Shown piece after piece: positions 10,380 through 20,050 of a DNA stretch of 64,000 bases; position 1 is the stretch's first letter, and every line of letters begins with the position of its first letter. Below the pieces are notes generated by a model that saw only the letters and a program-made list of their open reading frames with translations, searched no databases and was not told the origin of the DNA. Position numbers and translations under genes: made by a program. Source of the stretch: Candidatus Hermodarchaeum yapensis. Lineage in GTDB: Archaea > Asgardarchaeota > Hermodarchaeia > Hermodarchaeales > Hermodarchaeaceae. The stretch spans positions 1-64,000 of the forward strand of contig JAEOSK010000001.1 in assembly GCA_016840405.1 (NCBI GenBank). Direction: 5' to 3'.

Positions 10380-11150
10380 CTAATGATAGGTATGTTGTTT
10401 ATCAGGGTATTTTCCTGTTCTAACTTCGTCCATGAACTCTATAATTGCATCGCGAATAGTTTTATCGAGATTCGCAAACCGCTTTACAAATTTAGGTAAA
10501 TTTTGATTACCAACCAATCCCAGAACTTCAGTGATCACTAAAACTTGACCATCACAATGTTTTCCTGCCCCAATTCCAATTGTGGGAATCTTCACATCAT
10601 GTGTGATTTTACGAGCAAGCCATTCTGGAATGCATTCTAAAACCATAGAAAACACCCCTATTTTCTCAAGATTGAGCGCATCACGCCATATCTGGTCAGC
10701 CTGTTTGGGGGTTTTTCCCTGAACCTTATATTTTTCAGCGAATTGTGGAAGGAGCCCTACGTGCCCCATAACCGGGATGTTATTCTTCAAAAGAACGGTG
10801 ATAACTTCTGGCTGATTTCCCTCAATTTTTACAGCATGAGCTCCTGCTTGAAGCAACTGTTGGGCATTAGCTAAGGCTTCTTGAGGAGTGTCATAACTAT
10901 GAATTGGCATATCAGAAACAATTAGGGAATTTTTCGCACCTTGAGCCACTGCACGCGTATGATACTCCATTGCAGCCATTGTAACTTTCTTCGTATCGGG
11001 ATTCCCTTGGAAAACCATCCCTAAACTGTCTCCTACTAAAATCAAATCAATTTCTGCATCTTCCAAGATTCTTGCTATTTGATAATCGTAGGCTGTCAAC
11101 ATCGTAATTTTTCGTTTCCCTTTTAACTCTCGAATTTCATTCACATTCAC
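10380..11150 (-). CDS. panB: Ketopantoate hydroxymethyltransferase (start trimmed to GTG at 11150)
   Basis: ITMLTAYDY, LVGDSLGM, MGHVGLLPQ, IGIGAG..CDGQVLV. Confidence 0.95.
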   Translation of the reverse strand: MNVNEIRELKGKRKITMLTAYDYQIARILEDAEIDLILVGDSLGMVFQGNPDTKKVTMAAMEYHTRAVAQGAKNSLIVSDMPIHSYDTPQEALANAQQLLQAGAHAVKIEGNQPEVITVLLKNNIPVMGHVGLLPQFAEKYKVQGKTPKQADQIWRDALNLEKIGVFSMVLECIPEWLARKITHDVKIPTIGIGAGKHCDGQVLVITEVLGLVGNQNLPKFVKRFANLDKTIRDAIIEFMDEVRTGKYPDKQHTYH

Positions 11151-11152
11151 GT

Positions 11153-12046
11153 CTAAGCACTCTCCTTGAAACGCACCAATTGTGCAATACACTCATTTAC
11201 TGGAGTTTGGATATTGTGTTTTTTCCCCAGCTCGACAATCTTTCCGTTAAGGAAGTCAATCTCAGTTTTTCTACCTCGCTCTATGTCCTGCAACATAGAG
11301 GTTTGATTTGTATACCGCGGGAGATTCTGATTCATCAATTGAATCAGATTCAAATCAATTTTCACGCCCTCAGCAGCTCCAACGGCAATACATTCCTCTA
11401 CAACACAGAGTTGAATTTCTGATAAATGGGGAGAAACAAGAGTTGCAGTTGGAACGTGTAAAATGGCACTCAAAGGATTAGTATAGCAATTTATAGTGAC
11501 TTTTCTCCACACGGCGGTTTGAAAAGAATCAGAAATTACAGCATCAAGTCCACTAGTTTGAAAAAGCTTGGCAACCTGCTTCGAGTCTTTATCTGAATCG
11601 AAAATGGTGGAATTCAAGCACACTTTGACTCGTCCAGGCTCAACCATCTCTGCACCCGTTTCTACAATTCCGCGGATTACAGTCCCCTTTCCATTTGTCA
11701 CTTTACGCGTAATCTCTTCAATGCCGAGGCCATTTTGTAAAAGAAGTAACACGGTATCTTCTTGGATAAGAGGGGCGATTGAGGTCAATGCTTCCTCTAA
11801 ATCAACAGCTTTCACCGTGACAAGAAGGAGCGTTTTGGAAGGAATTTTGTCAATCAAGGTTATGGGTGTGATGTTTTTCACATAGGTCCCCGCGCCATCG
11901 CTGATTAGTACAAGTCCCTTTTCTTTTATTGCATCCATATGAGCGGGGCGTCCTACCAATATCACTGGAGTATTTTGTGATAGAAAAGCTCCGTAAACTG
12001 AACCGATAGCCCCTGCACCCAAGATGAAAATTTGGTTAAACGTCAT
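11153..12046 (-). CDS. panE: 2-dehydropantoate 2-reductase
   Basis: ILGAGAIG, LQNGLG, SMLQD...RKTEIDFLNG. Confidence 0.93.
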   Translation of the reverse strand: MTFNQIFILGAGAIGSVYGAFLSQNTPVILVGRPAHMDAIKEKGLVLISDGAGTYVKNITPITLIDKIPSKTLLLVTVKAVDLEEALTSIAPLIQEDTVLLLLQNGLGIEEITRKVTNGKGTVIRGIVETGAEMVEPGRVKVCLNSTIFDSDKDSKQVAKLFQTSGLDAVISDSFQTAVWRKVTINCYTNPLSAILHVPTATLVSPHLSEIQLCVVEECIAVGAAEGVKIDLNLIQLMNQNLPRYTNQTSMLQDIERGRKTEIDFLNGKIVELGKKHNIQTPVNECIAQLVRFKESA

Positions 12047-12843
12047 TACGTTTTACCTCGCATGTATTCAAGCTTCTCCCGCTTTGCAAGGTTTTCTAGC
12101 CGCTCATTAATCAGTTGTATCGCTTTGGACAGATTTTCCTGATTGTCAAAAGCTGTCACTATTTCCGTTAAAGTAGTTTCAGGTTCTTTTTTGAGCTCCT
12201 TGGTAACTGAGATTAGTAATGGCATTGTGCGTACAATGTTGTCCACAATAGTGATTTTTGCCATTTGAGCGGTTCGCGAAAGGGGATTTAAGTCAACGGT
12301 AACAACATCCTTTCCTAATTTCACAAGTCCTTCTGTACGATCACCATCTTCAAGTGGCACAAATGCGAAATCAGCGACGAATAATCCTCGATGATCCACA
12401 ACTCGCCGATCACTGTATATTTCGGGAATAGTTTCTTGAAACGCCGTATCAATTCCGTAAATCTCCTTTGCCCCTGCCTCTCTCAGCACTCGAGCAATAG
12501 CTTCCTCCCGCTCTCGTGACCGATGATACAGGTTAATTTCTAATTTCGCTCCTGACACTCGTGCTAATTTCACTAATTCCTTTGGCACTAATGCTGCCAA
12601 ATTGCCGTTAACTGAAACCACTGGATTCTTTGCCAACAATAAACTTGCAGCAGCAGCACGTATCGCCACCCGGGCATTCTCAGTTGTTGTTTCACCTATC
12701 AGATAATCAAAGGCTTCACCACGTCCGTGAGCAAACAATCCAAAACTTGATGTTACTCCAGACTCAAACCCTCGGACCAATTTCGTTCGAATGCGAAGAG
12801 ATGTAGCTCGGGGATGTTTCTCCGAAATTTTATGTTCATTCAT
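12046..12843 (-). CDS. pps: Archaeal phosphopantothenate synthetase (4-phosphopantoate--beta-alanine ligase)
   Basis: HPR..SL, AHGRGEAFDYLIGE, SVNGN, VPLEDGDR, DLNPLSRT. Confidence 0.95.
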   Translation of the reverse strand: MNEHKISEKHPRATSLRIRTKLVRGFESGVTSSFGLFAHGRGEAFDYLIGETTTENARVAIRAAAASLLLAKNPVVSVNGNLAALVPKELVKLARVSGAKLEINLYHRSREREEAIARVLREAGAKEIYGIDTAFQETIPEIYSDRRVVDHRGLFVADFAFVPLEDGDRTEGLVKLGKDVVTVDLNPLSRTAQMAKITIVDNIVRTMPLLISVTKELKKEPETTLTEIVTAFDNQENLSKAIQLINERLENLAKREKLEYMRGKT

Positions 12844-13750
12844 TTAGGATACGCGCTCCTTCACAATCCACATTCATTACCAAAACATCATGTTCAGGTA
12901 TTTTGTGTTCCTCAAAAATCGCGACGATCTCTTTCACCTGATCTGGCTGAACAAGTGTAAACACGTTTTCACCAAAAATCGCGGTACTACATGTAATACC
13001 CGTCAAATCTGTTGCTTGTAATACTGCTTGAACACGCTCCGTGATAATTCCAATATATTCTGCAAAATGCCGGGAATAATCTAAGAAATTCCCCACGGTA
13101 GGGTGACCCTGTAAAGCGTCGGTCAACATTCCTCCCCGTTCATTAATACGTTGCCTTGCTTCATCATTCTGTAAATACTGGGGTGTAGAGAGAGCACCAA
13201 AAGGAAGACACACCACCATATAGTCATTACTCGAAGGTAGAATCTCAATATGCCCAATACCAGGTGCCCCTTCATGGGTTCGAATCTCGATACCTCCATA
13301 TGTTTCAGCAATTACCGTTCCCAAACCCGTGTGTAACTCAACTTCTACGACATGTGCAATTTGAGCAACTTTAATGGATTTTAAACCTAGACCTAAAGCT
13401 TCGTTCAGTGCAAGCGATAGGCTGAGCGCACCTGCACCGCTCGTTCCAAAACCACAACCAACTGGTAATGCAACCTCGTGTTTGACCTGAATGTCAAAGG
13501 TTTTACTTGATACAAATTCAAGCATCCGAGTTATCACAGCCTCAGAAACAGGGACCGGGTGTGAAGTGCTGCCATTCATTTCAATGTGGATGCGCGTGTC
13601 TTTTGCAGGTTCGACTTCAACAGTTGTAGTCACTCCCTTGTCAACTGAGACGCCCGCTCCCCGTGATCCCTTCTTAAGAGGGTCTTCAGACTCATCGCAT
13701 ATCTGAAAGAAACCGGTGATGTGACCTGGGGAAAATCCACATGCCTTCAT
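12836..13750 (-). CDS. pok: Pantoate kinase (GHMP family)
   Basis: FSPGHITGFF, GSRGAG, PVGCGFGTSGA, TGLGTV; first gene of the CoA operon. Confidence 0.92.
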   Translation of the reverse strand: MKACGFSPGHITGFFQICDESEDPLKKGSRGAGVSVDKGVTTTVEVEPAKDTRIHIEMNGSTSHPVPVSEAVITRMLEFVSSKTFDIQVKHEVALPVGCGFGTSGAGALSLSLALNEALGLGLKSIKVAQIAHVVEVELHTGLGTVIAETYGGIEIRTHEGAPGIGHIEILPSSNDYMVVCLPFGALSTPQYLQNDEARQRINERGGMLTDALQGHPTVGNFLDYSRHFAEYIGIITERVQAVLQATDLTGITCSTAIFGENVFTLVQPDQVKEIVAIFEEHKIPEHDVLVMNVDCEGARILNE

Positions 13751-13931
13751 TATCTAGCCTGCCTGGAATCGCGTTTTGAACAGGTGGAGCAAGTCGCCTG
13801 ATGTTTGATAAGAAAATAAATATTTTGCATACGATATTTAAAGAATTTAAATTCCATTCATATATTGCACTGCAAAATAGTTGTAACATGCCATTTAGTT
13901 TATAGAGAATGGCCAAGGTGTTCAAAACACT

Positions 13932-14855
13932 ATGATGAGTGCTTCAGCATTTTGCCCAGCTGGAATTTCTAGTTTCTTTCAAGCAGTGACTACCAGTCCA
14001 ATTCCTCAATCCATAGAAGCCGCTTGTCGCATTGGTGCGAGAGGTGGCGGTTTTGTTATCGACAAAGGAGTCACTACGGAGGTAAAACTCACTTCTACAA
14101 AGAAAACCGAAATAGATGTTACCATTAACGGCAAAAACGCTCCCGAAGCAAATGTTACTCGTGAAGTTTTCAAACTTCTTCTCCCCAAAATCAAAACACC
14201 TTGCCGGATTTCGGTGAGCCACAAAGTTGAGGTTCCGATTGGTGCAGGCTATGGCGCAAGTGCCGCTGGGGCTGTTAGTACTGCTATGGCCTTAGCTAAA
14301 GCATTTGATTTGAAGATGAGTCTGAACCAGATTGGGCAAATCGCACATACCGCTGAAATTCGCTGTGCCACAGGATTAGGGAGTGTAAGTGGGGTCATTC
14401 GTGGCGGCGCAATCCTAATTTTGGAACCTGGTGCACCCGGTTATGATCGAGTTGATTGGCTCCCCATGAATCCCACTCATCGAATAGTCACGGCAAGCTT
14501 TGCTCCGATATCGAAAAAAGATATTATTTTCTCCAAGGAAGCGCTACAAGTGGTCAATTGCGAAGGTCGAGAGGTTTTACGGCAAATCTTGATAGATCCA
14601 GATCCTGTGCGCTTCATGAAATTATGCCGAGGATTTGCTACAAAGGCTGGATTTCTCTCTGATCGTCTAGCCGAAGTAATAAAGAAAGCTATGGATGCCG
14701 GTGCTTTGGGCGCCACTCAAAATATGATTGGTGACGCTTTCCATGCACTCGTTGATGTGATGAGTGTTGATTCAGTGGTAAGCTCAGTAGCTGATGACTT
14801 TAAATCAGAAGTACTAGTATCAAAGATTTCGCATGGTGGACCAATCTATAGGTGA
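13932..14855 (+). CDS. Second pantoate-kinase-family GHMP kinase, divergent from pok
   Basis: FCPAGISSFF, GARGGG, PIGAGYGASAA, TGLGSV, QNMIG. Confidence 0.85.
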   Translation: MMSASAFCPAGISSFFQAVTTSPIPQSIEAACRIGARGGGFVIDKGVTTEVKLTSTKKTEIDVTINGKNAPEANVTREVFKLLLPKIKTPCRISVSHKVEVPIGAGYGASAAGAVSTAMALAKAFDLKMSLNQIGQIAHTAEIRCATGLGSVSGVIRGGAILILEPGAPGYDRVDWLPMNPTHRIVTASFAPISKKDIIFSKEALQVVNCEGREVLRQILIDPDPVRFMKLCRGFATKAGFLSDRLAEVIKKAMDAGALGATQNMIGDAFHALVDVMSVDSVVSSVADDFKSEVLVSKISHGGPIYR

Positions 14856-15611
14856 ACTACTCCGTCTTTAAGGACGGAGCTTCCTGCTTCGACGCTTCAG
14901 CCAGTGCTGACAGCTTTACAGGCTCTTCCCGAGGTTCCCTCGGTGTCATGATGGATCTCAATCCCATCATCTTAATATTTTTAGCGGCGTTGACATCCCG
15001 GTCCAGTAATAAGCCACAGGCAGGGCAGGTCCACGTCCGGTCTGATAAAGTGAGCTCTTCATTGAGATTCCCACAGCCATTACAGTGTTTTGATGAAAAT
15101 TGTCGATGGAAGACTGTCTTAACTGCCCCTATCTTGGGAAGCCTTACACGTCGAGTTGCAAAGTCGATGGTGAAAAATTGGGGCACTTCAAAGGATTGAC
15201 GCCGTGCCTTCCGCCTTTGAAATTTCGGATAGCCCTGCTGTTCCTTACCCTCTGTGATGCGGCAAAAGAAATGTTCGAAGGCAAGCATGACACGTTTGAC
15301 CGCATGTTGCAGGGATTGGGAGTACGCGTCTTTTAAAAAAGGGTTCTTCTTTTTCAGTTCGGGTAGGCGAGTGTTCAAATCGAACCAACTGAGGTTCGTT
15401 TCATCCGTCTCATAAGCGGTTTTCTTGGTTTCCAGCGCCCAGTTATAGACGAACCGACAACCATCGATGGTTTTCCGGATTCGCTCTCGTTGCGTTTGAT
15501 TGGGATAGAGACGATACCGGAAGGTTTTGAGCATACATCTAGTTTCAGCAACGGTGTATTTGAAGTCCGCGATTCATCTCTAGCAATTGGACGTGTCTTC
15601 TCGCAATTTTG
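14852..15611 (-). mobile_element. Non-autonomous IS200/IS605-family (tnpB-only) element
   Basis: Minus strand: TTTAT target motif, then left end CAAAATTGCGAGAAG...GATGAATCGC; right-end hairpin CTCCGTC-CTTAAA-GACGGAG ending TAGTTCAC; no tnpA. Confidence 0.85.
14857..15534 (-). pseudogene. tnpB: TnpB with a large in-frame internal deletion (RuvC-I/II missing)
   Basis: FRYRLYPN..CRFVYNWAL N-terminus joined at HRQF|SSKHCNGC to the zinc finger and DRDVNAAKNI; only 225 aa; no GID.G or ..EDL motifs. Confidence 0.85.
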
Positions 15612-15642
15612 ATAAATAGTAATAAGGTTGTAACAAGTAGAA

Positions 15643-16416
15643 GTGAAAGTGATGAAGAATCAACCGTCTTCGATTTTGTTTCCTCAAATGCCGAAATCTC
15701 TGCTAATCTCGATAACGGCATTGATGGCTGCCCTTGTTGCTGTATTGACCATGGCATTCCAAGTTTATGTTCCCGCGACAACGGGCTATTTTAACTTGGG
15801 TGAGGTCGGGGTCTTTATCTCCGCCATCTTATTTGGACCGATAGTCGGAGCCGTAGCCGGTGGTGTCGGTTCAATGGTTGCTGACATTGCGACAGGCTTT
15901 GTGCAATATGCTTTCGCTACTCTGTTGATTAAGGGTCTGGAAGGGTTTGTGGTTGGTTACTTTAGCTTCGCCTTTCGAGATCGATTGGCGCCAAAACAAT
16001 TGAGATATCTTGGAATCGGGCTAGGTTTTGGGCTAGCGTTTTGTGTCATCCTCATTGGAGTCTTTCGGTTTAGTGGTGAATTGCAATTAATAGGAGGCCC
16101 TGAAGTGCCTTGGTGGGAGATTCCCCTCTTTCTCCCCTCATGGGTCTGGTTCCTCCTAGGAATTTTTCTTGGATCTATGACTGTTTTCATAACCTTAAGG
16201 TTTGAACCACAGGCAGCATGGAATGTAATGGTGATTTTATTCGGTGGGGGACTAATGATAACAGGTTACTTCCTCTATGAGTTTTTCATCTTCCAATATG
16301 CCGCCATTGCGGAATTACCCTTTAACGTCATGCAGGTAATTATTGGAATAACCATTGCACTTCCCATAACTGAACGTCTATTAAGAACTATGAAGAATTC
16401 AGAATGGATTGATTAA
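15643..16416 (+). CDS. ECF transporter S component (candidate pantothenate/pantoate uptake) with an internal TM insertion
   Basis: ALMAALVAVLT..VPATTGYFNLGE..GGVGSMVAD..TLLIKGLEG..FNVMQ; next to CoA genes. Confidence 0.85.
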   Translation: MKVMKNQPSSILFPQMPKSLLISITALMAALVAVLTMAFQVYVPATTGYFNLGEVGVFISAILFGPIVGAVAGGVGSMVADIATGFVQYAFATLLIKGLEGFVVGYFSFAFRDRLAPKQLRYLGIGLGFGLAFCVILIGVFRFSGELQLIGGPEVPWWEIPLFLPSWVWFLLGIFLGSMTVFITLRFEPQAAWNVMVILFGGGLMITGYFLYEFFIFQYAAIAELPFNVMQVIIGITIALPITERLLRTMKNSEWID

Positions 16417-16492
16417 ACCTGAGGGTAGGCGCAGGTTTTTAGCGGTGTGAATTAAGTTTTATTTCGATATCGCACTATATTCCGTGTTGCAT

Positions 16493-16888
16493 ATGACTGA
16501 ACCCGAACTGCCCGAAGATCCCATGGAAGCCATCATGCAAATTCTCCGGGAAGCTGAACAAAGTGTAGATGGCGTCCAGGGTGTGGCAGTAGTCTCAACG
16601 GACGGACTCCCGATGGCAAGTGCCGTTGATACAAAAATGGGTGAAGCAGAGCTTGCAGCTTTGGCTTCCTCGATGCTTTCTATCGGTTCGACTGCAATGG
16701 ATAATCTCAAGAAAGGCGAACTAGATAGCATCTATGTCAAATGCGATAAAGGGTACATATTGCTCCGATACAGTGGACCCTTAGCGGTTGTGCTTTTTAT
16801 CACTGAAGAAAATGCGCGATTAGGTCCACTTTTACTTGAATTAAAACGTACAGCTGCACGTCTTGAAGAGATGCTTGGATTCGGTTAG
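16493..16888 (+). CDS. Roadblock/LC7 domain protein
   Basis: GVAVVSTDGLPMAS, LAALASSMLSIG, ARLG.LL.ELKR. Confidence 0.92.
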   Translation: MTEPELPEDPMEAIMQILREAEQSVDGVQGVAVVSTDGLPMASAVDTKMGEAELAALASSMLSIGSTAMDNLKKGELDSIYVKCDKGYILLRYSGPLAVVLFITEENARLGPLLLELKRTAARLEEMLGFG

Positions 16889-16903
16889 AAGTTCCGTGTC
16901 TTT

Positions 16904-17671
16904 TTAGAATCCTAAATGTTTGATGATTTCATCAACACCAATATCTTTCCGGATGCTTGTTTGGAATACAACAAGATTGGAATTGATTTCCTTCGCATCC
17001 CGCTCAAGTTGGTCTACATCGACTTCCATGACCTCAGCTAAGTCAATTTTGTTGATGACAAGAATATCAGCTTCGTGAAACATCACTGGATGTTTTTGAA
17101 TCATCCACGGTCCCTCAGTAACACTAACCACGACAAGTCGAAGATGACTGCCCAGAGGAAAGTCAGCAGGGCATATGAGATTCCCCACATTTTCGATAAT
17201 GATAATCTTGACGGAATCAATGTCAACAGACTGCAAGGCTTTTTGAATTAATTTTGCATCGAGATGACATTCTACACCGGTATTGACTTGAATGGTTTGA
17301 ACTCCGTGTTTTGCAATCCTGTCAGCGTCGATTGTTGTGGTAACATCACCGGCAATTACCAGTATTTCTTTTCGCCGAGAGGCTATTTTTTGAGAAATTG
17401 CTTCTATAAGGGAGGTCTTGCCCGATCCAACACTACCTAAGATATTGATGGTCTTGATACCGTGTTTTTCGAAAAACTCTAAATTCTCTCTTGCTAAGGC
17501 TTTGTTTCGTTCCATGAAGTTTTCTTCTAGTTTTATCTCGACGGTTCCAGAACTTGGAGAATGTGTATGCCCGTGATGACCCCCTGAATGATCGTGGTGG
17601 TGTTCTCCCTCATCAGGTGTAATCACGATACGTTTTTTCTCTTTGTTTTTTGGTGTCAAAGGATTACCCAC
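16904..17671 (-). CDS. hypB: Hydrogenase nickel-incorporation GTPase HypB with His-rich N-terminus
   Basis: GSVGSGKTSL, CHLDA, ENVGNLICPADF.LG, NKIDL; EHHHDHSGGHHGHTH. Confidence 0.93.
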   Translation of the reverse strand: MGNPLTPKNKEKKRIVITPDEGEHHHDHSGGHHGHTHSPSSGTVEIKLEENFMERNKALARENLEFFEKHGIKTINILGSVGSGKTSLIEAISQKIASRRKEILVIAGDVTTTIDADRIAKHGVQTIQVNTGVECHLDAKLIQKALQSVDIDSVKIIIIENVGNLICPADFPLGSHLRLVVVSVTEGPWMIQKHPVMFHEADILVINKIDLAEVMEVDVDQLERDAKEINSNLVVFQTSIRKDIGVDEIIKHLGF

Positions 17672-17807
17672 CAGTACTTGGGCAATTCATATCCAGTCTT
17701 TTGAATTCTTCCATCATTCTATTGGTTTGGAAATAAAGCGACTCAATTGTAATTTTTTCAAGATATATAGAACATCAACCATAATTGATGGGGAAGGAGG
17801 TATTTCG

Positions 17808-18605
17808 GTGCAGGCGTTACATATTACCGAAACTCGAGCCATTGTACCGGTTACTCGTAAACTTACACAACTAAGATTTACGCTCGAAGATCTAGTTGGT
17901 CCAGTCTTGGAAGGTGAGGAAGAATCCGGGCCTACCGGAGCACCTCGAGGACGTTTAAGCAATCGTCGCATAGGACAACTAATTCCAAATGCCGTTTTAC
18001 AATGTCAAAAAGCTTCCTCGGAATTTATCGAGTTAACCTTGACATATGACCGTACAGTAAAGGTTCCTGAATATATTGCGCGAGAGCGCCGATATAGGAC
18101 GTTAACATATTCAGCGAGTGCTGATATCCTTTGGCGACCTGAAACGGGATTCTGTTTCATTATGGACATTCCACGGCGTGCAGTAAAAGCTACAACCTGG
18201 ATATTATCTGCTGCTGTACTTGGGTATCCAGGCCGATTATCAAGTTATGATGTAGATCGTACTCAAATGCGCAAAGTAATCAGTTTCCTGACAAGCATGT
18301 CGCGAGGAGGTCCTGGCGAACTTGTGCGTGCGGTTTTTCGAGAAATTGAACTCAATGGAAACTATTTTGATGAGTTAAATATCCGCGCTCGAGATTTGAA
18401 CAAAATGGATCTATACAAAGAAGTGCAAAAGGGTGCTGGGCATATTCATGCCATCAGTTTTGTTACTCCTATTATCGATGGTGTCGGGCGTCCCTTGGTT
18501 TGTCGAATGGACTCAACAGGTGCAATTCAAATTTATTCGCAGCGGCTTCCCAATGATTCCTTACGCGCTCTTCTTCTTTGGCTAGAGGAAATGTTTGCGA
18601 AGTAA
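17808..18605 (+). CDS. Hypothetical protein (start trimmed to GTG after GGAGG)
   Basis: Long ORF; SD-like GGAGG upstream of GTG at 17808. Confidence 0.7.
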   Translation: MQALHITETRAIVPVTRKLTQLRFTLEDLVGPVLEGEEESGPTGAPRGRLSNRRIGQLIPNAVLQCQKASSEFIELTLTYDRTVKVPEYIARERRYRTLTYSASADILWRPETGFCFIMDIPRRAVKATTWILSAAVLGYPGRLSSYDVDRTQMRKVISFLTSMSRGGPGELVRAVFREIELNGNYFDELNIRARDLNKMDLYKEVQKGAGHIHAISFVTPIIDGVGRPLVCRMDSTGAIQIYSQRLPNDSLRALLLWLEEMFAK

Positions 18606-18696
18606 ACTAAGGTCGTTATCCCAAACGCGTGGTTTCCACTAAGCTTATTTGTGCCTGTTCAGAGTTAGGGATATCGCTACTTGAGGTTCGTCATCA

Positions 18697-19587
18697 ATGG
18701 TTCTTGTAACCAGTGGAAGTCCATCAAAAACCCTTGCCTGGAAAGTTGCGCAGCAACTTAATACCAAGTTCTTTGACACCGAAGTCAAACGGTTTCCCGA
18801 TGGTGAAACCTACGTTAGAATTCTTGGTGAAGTTGCGAAAGAAGAAGTAGTCGTCGTTCAATCGTTGGGGCATCAACCCAATCATTATCTGGTTGAACTT
18901 TTTCTCATACTTGATGCGCTTAAAGACTTGAAAGCAAAACGGGTCATTACAGTCTTGCCCTATTTCGCTTATGCCCGGCAGGATGAACGGTTCAAACCTG
19001 GAGAGGCTATCAGTCTCAAGACAGTGAGCCGTCTCATTGAAGCGGCTGGAGCCGACCATATTTTCACAATTGATTCACACCGTCATCGTGTCGTTGAACA
19101 GGATGAATTAACTAAAGTACCTCTCGAAGATCTAACTGCAATGGCTGAGCTTGCAGAACATGTGAACTCAAAGTATGAATTGACCAATCCCGCGGTTATT
19201 GGCCCTGACTCGGAAGCAGGGGCATGGGCAAAAATTGCCGCTGACGCACTCTCTGTAGATTATGACGCCCTCGAAAAGAAACGGTTCGACGCTGAAACCG
19301 TTGAAATCAAACCCCGCCACCTCGATCTGAAGGGACGCGATGTGTTAATTGTTGATGACATCATCAGCACTGGGAATACCATCATCAAAGCAATTGATGT
19401 TTTGAAGAAAAATGGAGTCAAAGATATCTACGTCGCATGTACACATCCCCTCCTTGTGCTAAATGCCTTGGTCCGAATCTATCAAGCCGGCGCGCTAGAT
19501 GTGGTTGGTACAGATACTGTGAGTTCAGTGATTAGCCAAGTATCAGTCGCGCCAGTCATTGCAAACGCCATTAATAAAATCAAATAA
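18697..19587 (+). CDS. prs: Ribose-phosphate pyrophosphokinase
   Basis: RFPDGE.YVRI, PYFAYARQD, IVDDIISTG.T. Confidence 0.95.
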   Translation: MVLVTSGSPSKTLAWKVAQQLNTKFFDTEVKRFPDGETYVRILGEVAKEEVVVVQSLGHQPNHYLVELFLILDALKDLKAKRVITVLPYFAYARQDERFKPGEAISLKTVSRLIEAAGADHIFTIDSHRHRVVEQDELTKVPLEDLTAMAELAEHVNSKYELTNPAVIGPDSEAGAWAKIAADALSVDYDALEKKRFDAETVEIKPRHLDLKGRDVLIVDDIISTGNTIIKAIDVLKKNGVKDIYVACTHPLLVLNALVRIYQAGALDVVGTDTVSSVISQVSVAPVIANAINKIK

Positions 19588-19601
19588 TCGGAGATAACCA
19601 C

Positions 19602-19883
19602 ATGTCCGCTAAAACACGAAAATTCTGGAAAGCCCTCAAATGCCCTGTGTGTGGGGAACGTGCTGTCTTCTTCGTCACAATGGACGCAGTAAAAGATGCG
19701 ACTCAGTACCCTGTTCCCTTTGAAGTCATTCACGATGACCATAAATTTTTAATTTACCTTGACTCCGGTCTTTTAATTAGCCGAATTGAAGAGGCAAAAC
19801 CCCCAATAGCATCAACAGAAGCGAAGCCAAAGGCAAAATCAAAGCCAAAGGCAAAAACCAAAAAGACTAAAAAAGAGACCTGA
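19602..19883 (+). CDS. Small putative Zn-binding protein with Lys-rich tail
   Basis: CPVC plus HDDH; K-rich C-terminus. Confidence 0.7.
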   Translation: MSAKTRKFWKALKCPVCGERAVFFVTMDAVKDATQYPVPFEVIHDDHKFLIYLDSGLLISRIEEAKPPIASTEAKPKAKSKPKAKTKKTKKET

Positions 19884-19898
19884 GACTTTCAACGCTGC

Positions 19899-20024
19899 AG
19901 CCCGGTAGTGTAGACTCCTTCAACAGAGGAGGCACTATGGTCAATCATCCGAGGCTCTGGATTCGCCAATAAATTGCGGTGGAGAAACCTTGGGACCGCG
20001 GTTCGAATCCGCGCCGGGCTACCA
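19899..20024 (+). tRNA. trnQ: tRNA-Gln(CUG) with two introns (19914-19937 at position 15/16; 19961-19986 at 37/38) and encoded CCA
   Basis: Acceptor AGCCCGG/CCGGGCT-A-CCA; T-arm CGCGG-TTCGAAT-CCGCG; anticodon stem CGAGG/CCTTG with CTG; BHB-type structure at both introns. Confidence 0.93.
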
Positions 20025-20050
20025 TTTCCTTTTAGAATTGTTATAGCGGG

